Shown here in pieces: positions 27,418 through 35,761 of a DNA stretch of 37,454 nt. A program made the translations under genes and the position numbers. The notes beneath the pieces are model-generated. The model was given only the letters and a program-made list of their open reading frames with translations, was not told the DNA's origin and ran no database searches. Source of the DNA: Gemmatimonadota bacterium (GTDB taxonomy: Bacteria; Gemmatimonadota; Gemmatimonadetes; Gemmatimonadales; GWC2-71-9); NCBI GenBank assembly GCA_003221825.1, contig QHUE01000091.1, forward strand, positions 1-37,454, given 5' to 3'. Each line of letters begins with the position of its first letter. The stretch's first letter is position 1.

Positions 27418-28981
27418 TAGCCTGTGAGGGCTGTGCACACAACGCGAGCGCAACTCCATTCGTCCAGCCAAATCCATCCTGCGTCGGGTACTCTCCTCCG
27501 CCTGCTTTCTTGTTCGTGTTGACGACGTCGTACTTCTCCATCATCCTCCCTGTCGCGCTGTAGGTGCGCTGAATCAGCGCGAGCCAGCGGCTCGCGGCTT
27601 TATCGGCCAGGTCGGCGCGGCCGTAGCGCCGCACTCCTTCGATCGCGAGCCACTCGAGTGGCGGCCAGCCGTTGGGCGCGTCCCACTGCTGTCCGGTGGG
27701 GATCTTCGTGGTCACGAAGCCCCCGGGACCGAGGAATTCCTGCTCGAGACGGAGCGCCACGTGCCGTCCCTGATCGGGCGTGGCGATCCCGAAATAAAGC
27801 GGTGCAGCGGCGGCGAGTGTCAGCCGGTCCCGCACCGCCTCTCCCGTGCGCCAGCGGCGGTCGTAGAAAAAGCCGTTCTCGTACATCGACAGGATCGCCT
27901 GCCGCCGCTGCTCCGCTTTCTGATTGAAGCGACGTGCGACCTCGGCATCACCGCCCGCATGCCGGAAAGCTCGCAGTGCGGCGATCGTGCGCTCGGCGTG
28001 GTACAGGAGACTGTTGAGGTCGACGGGAATCAGCTGTGTCGTCTCGAGCGTCCGCAAATCCTTGGGATCGCGCATCCAGCGGCTCGAGAAATCCCAGCCG
28101 CTTTCCGCCGTCGCCCGTGCCTCGCGATAGAAACTCGCGCGCAGTGACTCGGGCAGAGTCTCCCCGATCTCGACGTCGGGCCGGTACGATTCGGGCCGTG
28201 GCTCCGCGAGGTCGTCCCAGTAGCGATTCAGGATGACACCGTCCGGCATCCGCACGACCCGCCGATAGAACTCGCCCGGTTTCAGTCGATCGGCGCCGTC
28301 CATCCAGAACGCGTACTCTGTTTCGAGTGCGTCGAGATAGGGCAATGCTTGCGACGTGTCGGCCGCCGTCGCGTACAGGCTCACCATCGCGGCGAAGTAA
28401 GGCGGCTGGCTCCGGCTCAGATAGTAGGTGCGATTGCCGTTCGGGATGTGCCCGACCGTCGTGATCAGGTGCGCGAAGTTGTCCAGCATGTTCTTCACGA
28501 GGTCGGTGCGCCCGCTCTGCACCAGGCCGAGCATCGTGAAGTAGGAGTCCCAGTAATAGATCTCGCGGAAGCGGCCGCCCGGAACGACGTACGGACGTGG
28601 AAGCGGGATGAGCGAGGAACGTGGATCGCTCGAGTCCGGAGATCTGGTGAGCACCGGCCAGAGCGCGTTGATGTGCGTCACCATGCTTTGCGTCGCGACG
28701 CTGTGGTAGCCGTTTCCGGCCGGCTGCGGCAGGATGAAGTTCTGGTCCACAAACGCCCGCAGCACGAAGCCCGGCATGCGGCGTGCGGAATCGTAGCGCG
28801 CCTCGATCGTCGCCGGCGCGGATCGAGGACGCGCGTCGACGAACTCCTTGGAGTCGGGGAAGATTCCAGAGAGCTGGACGTCTGAGAACAACGAGCCGAT
28901 GTCGTGCGCGGGATCGTACGACGGTCGGACGGTCGGACGGCCCGTCGGGCGGCATGCGACGACAACGAAAAGCGCGGACAT
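27401..28981 (-). CDS. treA: Periplasmic trehalase (GH37), 526 aa from ATG 28981
   Basis: GH37 signatures PGGRFREIYYWDSYFT, QPPYF, ESGWDFSSRW, and QWDAPNGWPPLEW. N-terminus MSALFVVVAC (lipobox-like). Alternative in-frame starts are at 29095 (MQKLD..) and 29170. Confidence 0.85.
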   Translation of the reverse strand: MSALFVVVACRPTGRPTVRPSYDPAHDIGSLFSDVQLSGIFPDSKEFVDARPRSAPATIEARYDSARRMPGFVLRAFVDQNFILPQPAGNGYHSVATQSMVTHINALWPVLTRSPDSSDPRSSLIPLPRPYVVPGGRFREIYYWDSYFTMLGLVQSGRTDLVKNMLDNFAHLITTVGHIPNGNRTYYLSRSQPPYFAAMVSLYATAADTSQALPYLDALETEYAFWMDGADRLKPGEFYRRVVRMPDGVILNRYWDDLAEPRPESYRPDVEIGETLPESLRASFYREARATAESGWDFSSRWMRDPKDLRTLETTQLIPVDLNSLLYHAERTIAALRAFRHAGGDAEVARRFNQKAEQRRQAILSMYENGFFYDRRWRTGEAVRDRLTLAAAAPLYFGIATPDQGRHVALRLEQEFLGPGGFVTTKIPTGQQWDAPNGWPPLEWLAIEGVRRYGRADLADKAASRWLALIQRTYSATGRMMEKYDVVNTNKKAGGGEYPTQDGFGWTNGVALALCAQPSQARTCND

Positions 28982-29106
28982 GCAAAGACTAGGTGCGTAG
29001 ACGCAGCGGCGGACGCGCAGTCTTGAGGCAACGGGATAATCCCGCAACCTCAAGACCGTTGCCCGCCGTGCGTCTGCTGCGTCTAGCTTTTGCATGTCCC
29101 CGCTTT
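28967..29106. repeat. MITE-like imperfect palindromic element, copy 2 (~124-nt core), inverted relative to copy 1
   Basis: GGACATGCAAAGACTAG ... CTAGCTTTTGCATGTCCCCGC. The right end is the exact reverse complement of the copy 1 left end over 21 nt (GCGGGGACATGCAAAAGCTAG). Lies between the symporter-fusion stop (29112) and treA. Confidence 0.7.
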
Positions 29107-29111
29107 GTTTG

Positions 29112-32100
29112 TTAGGCAAACACGATCCACAGCACACCAAGCAGGGCCACGAGCAGCACGGAGAGCCCAACCTCGAACTTCCGTTGGCCGGCCGTCTCGC
29201 CCTCTTCCGACTTGCCGTAGGTGAGTCCTTCAGTCTTCTCGCGAGGCGGCGGCGGCGTCATCATGCTCACGATGAAAAGCACAAAGGTGCAGATCACGAA
29301 CAGCAAGACCGCGTAGTGAAGGAAGTTGATTGTGGCAATCCAATGCCACGGCGTGCCGGGCGTGAGACCACCGCCCGACGCTTTGTTCGTGAGCTCGAGA
29401 ATGAGGCGCAACAGACCGAGCACGAGCCCCGTCAGCAGCGAGGCAATCGCGCCGGCGCCGTTCAGCCGGCGGTAAAACAGGCCAAGCAGGAAGCAGGCCG
29501 CGATCGGCGGGGCGATATAGGCCTGAACACTCTGCAGGTAGATGTAAATCTGCGACGAGACGTACTTCATGAACGGAATCCACGCCAAGCCCAGAAACAC
29601 CATGACACCTGCGGAAATGCGGCCCACTTGCACGAGCTGCCCCTCGGTGGCTGCGGGGCGCATTTTTCGATAGACATCCCACGTCAGCAACGTGGAGCAC
29701 GCGTTGAAGGCGGAGGCCAGGGAGCTCATCAGCGCCGCGAGCATCCCTGCTAGCACCAGACCCTTGATCCCCGCCGGTAAAAGCCGCGTCACCAGCGTGG
29801 GGTAGGCGGAATCGGGATTGTTGCGTATTTCCGGGAACAGTGCCAGAGCCACGATGCCGGGCAACACGAAAATGAAGACGGGAAGAATCTTCAAATATCC
29901 GGCGAAGATCGTTCCGGTGCGCGCCTCTTTGATATTCTTCGCGGCGAGCACGCGCTGCACGATGTGCTGATCGGTACACCAGTACCAGATGCCCAGGATC
30001 GGCGCGCCGAAGATGATACCGGTCCACGGGAAGTCCGGGTGGCTGGACGGCTTCCACATCGAGAAGAATCCGGCCGGCACCGTTGCCTGGAGTGCCGAGA
30101 TGCCGCCCACGCGCGAGAGCCCGATGGCCATGAGGGTAATCGAGCCGAGAATCAGCACGATGGCCTGGAGCACCTCCGTGTAGACCACGGCGCGCAGTCC
30201 GCCGAAGATCGTATACAGGCCGGTGACGACGATGAGGACGATGGCCGCGGTGTAGAAATTCCACCCCGTGACCGCACGAATCACGACGCCGCCCGCATAC
30301 AGCGTCACGCTGATCTTCGTCAACACGTAGCCGATGACCGAGACCCAAGTGAAATACGTCCGCGCTGCGGAGTTGTACCGCTTCTCCAGAAACTCCGGCA
30401 TCGTATAGACGCCGCTCTTCAGGTAATACGGCACGAAGAGCCAGCCGAGCAGCATCAGAATGAGACAGGCGAGCCACTCGAAGTGGCCGACCGCGAGCCC
30501 GCTCCCCGCACCGGTGCCCGCCAACCCGACCAGGTGCTCGCTGCCGATGTTGGAGGCGAACAGGCTGGCGCCGACGGCGAACCACGCGACGGTGAGCGTC
30601 CACAACTGGACGTCTGAGCTCGAGCCGTAGCGCACCGCGCGCAGGGCTCCTCCTTCGAACTTGTAACTCCACAACTCCGCGTACTGCAATCCGGAGCGGT
30701 CGACCACGCCCCGGACGGAATCCACAGCGCCGGGGCGGTTGCGCGTCGCGAGCGCCGCGAGCAGCACATTCACTTCGCGGCCCCACACGACGCGCGGGGA
30801 ATGATACAGATCGCGCTCGAACATGTCCCACACTTTGGGCGTGGCGTAGGCGTCGTTGGCAACCGCCAGTCCCACGCCGTCGATGAAGAGCCCGACAGGA
30901 TACGGAAGCAGGAACGGGCGGAGTAACTCAGCCTCGCGTGCCGAGTCCTGGTGCTCGAGCAGCAGCCACATCGCCGGATCGGTGCTCATCACCGGGATCG
31001 GCTGCCCCGCGCTGTCGAGCGACACGGCCGGGAAACGCAGCGTGTCGGCCGGAAAGCCGCCGCCTGCGAGCACAGAATCCCAATGCGCGCGCTCCGGCTC
31101 GGGCAACGCGGCGAGCTTGGCGCGTACGCGCGTCTCGACCTCGGCGGGCGCGAGCGCGACCATGAAGTGGCGCCCGGTCCCGCGCCACACCTCCGCCGCG
31201 CGCGCGATCTCGGCGGCGCGATCGATCCCGGGCTCGCCCATCGCCCGCAGCGCGCTGTCGATCGTGCCGATGGCACGGAGCGCCGCGGGCACCCACACCA
31301 CGTTCACATCGAATGCGAGGCACCCGCCCGCGTAGCCGACCCGGCTGTCCCGCCAGCTCCCCGGATGGCACCAGCCATCCGCGTCGCGCTTGAAGCTCAC
31401 GAGGTTCGTCGCCACCGGCGCGCGGGCGTAGGGCGCCGCGCGCCGGGCGACGAACGCGAGATTCTTGCGGAGCGCCGCGCCCCAGCGCCGCACGAATGCG
31501 CGCTTGCGCGCGTCGGCCACGCCGGCAGCGGCGAAGTAATGGCCCGCGACGACCGGCAGCTGGAAGTCGTCGTCCACCATCCAGTAGTTCTCGCGCGTCG
31601 CCTGGAGATTGCCGAGCAGCGCGCGGTTGCCCGTCCTGAGAAACTCGGCGCCGTTCTCGCGAATCGCCTGGCCGCCGAGCGCTTCCTCGTGGCTGACTTC
31701 GCCGCTGGGCGCGAGCTTGGCGAGCGCCGCGCCCATCACGAATTCCGGCATCGTATCGGACCAGACCGGCTCCATGAGCAGCGCGGTCATCAGCATGTCG
31801 CGGCCGAAGTACGTCGCATACGTCGGCAACCCCGCCATCAGCTTCTGGCGCGAGCTGAGCAGCTCGAACCCGCGGATCTCGCGCTCCACGCGCTGGGACT
31901 TGGCGGAATCGGCGAAGTGTCGGAATGCGGTGTTGAAGATCTGATCGCGATCGAGGGGATCGAGGGCCGGGCCGTCGGTGGCGAGTTCGACCAGCAGCTC
32001 GACCGGCTCGGCGCTGCGCGGCCGGACGGTCAGCACACGCCCGGAGAGCAGCGCGCGGGATCGCCTGGTGTCGCCGCTGAGCGTGAGCCACATGTGGTTC

Positions 32101-32720
32101 CGGGCATCGAGGCTCGGCTGATAGACCTGCGCCCGCCAGCGCGAGCCGCTGTGTGTCAGGGACAGCAGCGGAGCCAACCGGCTGGGATATGACCCGCCGA
32201 GCCGCTGGGCGAGCGCGGTGAACTCCGGCGGCACGAATGGCGGCGCGTTGATCGAATCGCTCACGCGTCCCGCGTATCCGAAATCGCGCTCGATGCGCAT
32301 CGAGCCCAAGAGGAACTGCCCGATCCGAGTTGACCGCCCGCCCTGCACCGTCAGCGAGTAGCGTAACCAGCGCCGAGCGCCCCGACCGTCGCGACCGCCG
32401 GTCGCACCCACCGTCGCTGACCCTGCCCCGAACGCGACCGCCGCGACCGCCGCAGTTGCTTCTTGACCGCCCCGACCGCCCGAATCTCGAACGGTGAAAC
32501 CGATACTTTCATTGAGCCCATCCGCCCACAGGTGCACCACGCGGCCTGTTTTCCCTTCGATGTAGATCTCGACTGAGTTGCCGCGGGAGTCGCGATACAA
32601 CCGGGCCGTGTAGCCCTCGTAGGCCGCGGGATCGTCGAGCCCGGGCGTCGGGAATTCGAGGACGGGTGGGGTGTCCCGCGCAGGTGCAGACTGCATCAGC
32701 AGCAGAAAGGCCAGAACCAT
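29112..32720 (-). CDS. In-frame chimera: signal-peptide-bearing glycosidase-like (amylo-alpha-1,6-glucosidase/GDE_C-like) domain joined to an SSS-family sodium:solute symporter lacking its first TM helix, 1202 aa
   Basis: The N-terminal ~690 aa carry MVLAFLLLMQSAPA, YATYFGRDMLMTALL, VVWGREVNVL and SSDVQLWT. From about nt 30590 downstream the sequence is vSGLT/SGLT-like (AWFAVGASLFASNIGSEHLVGLAGTG ... YWCTDQHIVQRVLAAK ...). The usual first helix and the YFLAGRSL segment are absent. The domain call for the N-terminal part is by eye only. Confidence 0.6.
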   Translation of the reverse strand: MVLAFLLLMQSAPARDTPPVLEFPTPGLDDPAAYEGYTARLYRDSRGNSVEIYIEGKTGRVVHLWADGLNESIGFTVRDSGGRGGQEATAAVAAVAFGAGSATVGATGGRDGRGARRWLRYSLTVQGGRSTRIGQFLLGSMRIERDFGYAGRVSDSINAPPFVPPEFTALAQRLGGSYPSRLAPLLSLTHSGSRWRAQVYQPSLDARNHMWLTLSGDTRRSRALLSGRVLTVRPRSAEPVELLVELATDGPALDPLDRDQIFNTAFRHFADSAKSQRVEREIRGFELLSSRQKLMAGLPTYATYFGRDMLMTALLMEPVWSDTMPEFVMGAALAKLAPSGEVSHEEALGGQAIRENGAEFLRTGNRALLGNLQATRENYWMVDDDFQLPVVAGHYFAAAGVADARKRAFVRRWGAALRKNLAFVARRAAPYARAPVATNLVSFKRDADGWCHPGSWRDSRVGYAGGCLAFDVNVVWVPAALRAIGTIDSALRAMGEPGIDRAAEIARAAEVWRGTGRHFMVALAPAEVETRVRAKLAALPEPERAHWDSVLAGGGFPADTLRFPAVSLDSAGQPIPVMSTDPAMWLLLEHQDSAREAELLRPFLLPYPVGLFIDGVGLAVANDAYATPKVWDMFERDLYHSPRVVWGREVNVLLAALATRNRPGAVDSVRGVVDRSGLQYAELWSYKFEGGALRAVRYGSSSDVQLWTLTVAWFAVGASLFASNIGSEHLVGLAGTGAGSGLAVGHFEWLACLILMLLGWLFVPYYLKSGVYTMPEFLEKRYNSAARTYFTWVSVIGYVLTKISVTLYAGGVVIRAVTGWNFYTAAIVLIVVTGLYTIFGGLRAVVYTEVLQAIVLILGSITLMAIGLSRVGGISALQATVPAGFFSMWKPSSHPDFPWTGIIFGAPILGIWYWCTDQHIVQRVLAAKNIKEARTGTIFAGYLKILPVFIFVLPGIVALALFPEIRNNPDSAYPTLVTRLLPAGIKGLVLAGMLAALMSSLASAFNACSTLLTWDVYRKMRPAATEGQLVQVGRISAGVMVFLGLAWIPFMKYVSSQIYIYLQSVQAYIAPPIAACFLLGLFYRRLNGAGAIASLLTGLVLGLLRLILELTNKASGGGLTPGTPWHWIATINFLHYAVLLFVICTFVLFIVSMMTPPPPREKTEGLTYGKSEEGETAGQRKFEVGLSVLLVALLGVLWIVFA

Positions 32721-32812
32721 GGGCCTACATACTCCGCCCCCTGACCGCCCTTGACAAGGTCTCACGGGGGCGGCATTTCGGATGGCATAACTGTCTTCTT
32801 GAGGTCCACGCG

Positions 32813-35747
32813 ATGAGATTCGTCCGACACGCAGTTCCCGTTTTCGCGCTGCTGTCCCTCACGGCATTCCCTCTCACCGCGCAAAACACCGGCACGGTCA
32901 GAGGACAGGTCGTCGACAGCACCACACGGCAGGCGCTCGCCGGTGTCATCATCCAAGTCGAAGGCACGCAGCTGCAGACTGCCAGTGGTAACGACGGCAG
33001 CTACACGCTCGCGTCCGTTCCTGCGGGAAGCGTGCTGGTGCGTGCGACCCGAATCGGGTACGCGCCGCAGCGGCAGTCCGTCACGGTGACAACGGGCGGA
33101 ACCGCCGAAGCGCAGTTCGCGCTTACCCCGCAAGCCTCGCTCCTCGAAGCGGTCGTCGTGACGGGGTACGGGACGCAGCGGCGCGAGGCCATCACCGGAT
33201 CGGTCTCGACCATCAATCCGGCGCAGGCCAACGTCGGCGTGACGACCAACGTCACGCAAATGCTCTCGGGTCGCGCGGCGGGCGTCGATATCACGCTGAA
33301 CAACGGCGAGCCCGGCGCGGGATCGCAGATTCTGATCCGCGGCGGCAGCTCGATCAGCAACAGCAACGATCCGCTCTACGTGATCGACGGCGTGCCGATC
33401 AATAACGTCGCGACCGAACCCCAGGGGATGAGCGGGGTGGTCGGGACGCCGGCGCTGCCTCGCAATCCGCTCAACCTGCTGAATCCCTCCGACATCGCTT
33501 CGATCACCGTTCTCAAAGACGCCTCGGCGACCGCCATTTACGGCAGCCGCGCCGCCAACGGCGTCATCCTGGTCGAAACGAAAAAGGGCACGGGCGGCGG
33601 CGGGCCGAGCATCGAGTACGATTCCTACGCCGCGGCGTCCTCGCCGGCACGGCGTCTCGATGTGCTCGATGGCGACGAGTACCGGGCCTACGTGAACCCC
33701 CAGTTCGTCACGTGGCGATCGGATTCGACCGCCTGTGCTGGACGTCCTGCGTGCGCGACCGGCTTTGCGGATTCGTCCGGCGGCTTCGGTGGGATCAAGC
33801 CGTATGTCCTCGGCACCGCGAATACGGACTGGGAACGGGCGGTCACGCGCACGGGGGTCACGCACAACCACAACCTGTCGTTCTCCGGCGGCACCGAGGA
33901 CACGCGCTATCGGGCGTCGCTCAACTACATGAAGGATGACGGCGTCGCGCTCTCGAGCACGCTGCAGCGGATTCAGGGCAGGCTGGCCGGAACGCATCGC
34001 GCGCTGGACAACCGGCTGCGGCTCGGCGTCAACGTGACGACGTCGCGCGTCAACAATACGTATCTGACGTTCGACAACACGGGCGGCTTCGAAGGCGGGG
34101 TGTTCCAGAACGTCGCCATCTTCGATCCGACCCAGCCGATCACCTTCACCGACGCGACCGGGACGCATTTCTACGAAGGCGGCGGCAGCTCGGTGCGTAA
34201 TCCCGTGGCGCTGGCAAAACAGCTGATCGATATCGGCCAGACAACCCGCACCCTCGGCAACGCGACCGCGGAGCTGGATATCGCGGGAGGGCTCACCGGT
34301 CAGGTCACGGTGGGGTTGGACCATGCGAGCGGCGGGCGCCAGACGTACTATCCGAAGGAGAGTCCGATCGGCGACGCGCTCGGCGGCGGGGTTGCGCGCC
34401 TGGTAGCAGAGCGTGCTCGTCTCCTTCTTTTCGCGCGCCAACTTCGGCTACAAGAACAAGTACTTCCTCACCGCCGCGTTGCGGTATGACGGCTCCTCCA
34501 AATTCGCGGCGGGCCACCAGTGGTCGTCATTCCCGGGCATTTCCGCTTCGTGGCACATGAGCGACGAGGGCTTCATGCAGAGCTCGCCGTTCTCAGACCT
34601 CCGCGTGCGCGCCGGTTGGGGCGTGCAAGGCAACCCCGGCATCCCGGCGTACTCCTCGTTGGCGTTGCTCGGCGCCGGCGGCGGTGGTACGTACACCTGG
34701 GGCGACGCGCCGCAGACCGGCGTCGCAGGAATTCAGAACCCCAATCCCGACCTCAAGTGGGAGCGGACGGCGCAGTTTGACCTCGGCGTCGACTTCGGAC
34801 TGATGAGCAATCGTCTGACGGGAAGCGTCGAATACTACATCAAGAACACGTCCGATCTGTTGCTGTCCGTCAAGGTGCCGCAGCCGGCCGCCGTGGAAGA
34901 GCGGCTCGAGAACGTCGGCAAGCTGCGCAATCGCGGCGTGGAATTGTCGCTCGATGCGCTCGCGATCTCGCGGCCGTCGTTGACCTGGCGGGCCGGCATC
35001 ACCTTCGCGGCGTCCCGCAACAAGGTGACGAACCTCGGATCCCGCGGGACGATCACTTCCGGCGGCGTCAGCGGTCAGGGCCAATCGGGCCAGGTCTCGC
35101 AGCTCATCGCTCCCGGATTGCCCCTCGGGACGTTCTACGGCCCGGTGTTCCTCGGCGTGGATGCGAACGGGAAGCAGCTCTTCGCGTGCAGCACCCCGAA
35201 TACGCCCGCGTCAAACTGTAGCAACGGCAGCACAATCAATGGGTCGGGACCGGGCGCCGGGGACTACCAGGTGATCGGGAACGCCAATCCCGATTTCACG
35301 CTCGGTTTCCACAACCAGATCACCTTTGGCAAGCTCGATCTGAGCTTCCTGATTCGGGCGTCGGTCGGACAGGACGTCTTCAACAATACGGCGCTCGTCT
35401 ACTCCACCAAGGGGAATGCGCTGCAGGGCAAGAACTTCCTCCGCCCCGCCCTGACCGACGGAATCGGGCTGCATGAACCGGCCATCTTCTCGTCACTGTG
35501 GATCGAGAACGGCTCTTTCGTGCGGCTGCAAAACATCACGCTGGAGTATACGCTCAACCTGCCGATGCTCCGCTCGGTGCAGAGCGCGCGGGTGTACGTA
35601 TCGGCTGACAATCTGCTGCTGCTGACCGGTTATTCGGGCCTCGATCCGGAAGTCTACGCCAGCTCCGGTCTGGCGTCGCGCGGGATCGATTATCTCAGCT
35701 ATCCACGGCCCCGTACCGTGACCGGTGGCCTTCGCCTGACGTTCTGA
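32813..35747 (+). pseudogene. SusC/RagA-type TonB-dependent outer-membrane receptor, interrupted by a frameshift near 34404-34415
   Basis: Signal peptide MRFVRHAVPVFALLSLTAFPLTAQ, CarboxypepD_reg-like domain (GTVRGQVVD..GSYTL), and plug (VVVTGYGTQRREAITGSV.., LYVIDGVP, ITVLKDASATAIYGSRAANGVILV). The barrel continues in another frame from ..VLVSFFSRANFGYKNKYFLTAALRYDGSSKF to the C-terminal ..RTVTGGLRLTF. The first frame stops at 34489. The second frame has a TAG at 34401-34403. Confidence 0.65.
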
Positions 35748-35761
35748 GGAGCTCGGGACCT

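Noticed and set aside
32385-32470. GC-rich short repeats (cgaccgcc-type) that looked like a tandem repeat
   Set aside because: They sit in frame within the large ORF and encode a Gly/Ala/Arg-rich low-complexity loop (..GGRGGQEATAAVAAVAFGAGSATVGATGGRDGRG..). There is no regular spacer structure.
32762-34441. 559-aa minus-strand ORF opposite susC
   Set aside because: It is an Arg-rich antisense frame. The plus strand has the signal peptide, plug and barrel motifs of a TonB-dependent receptor.
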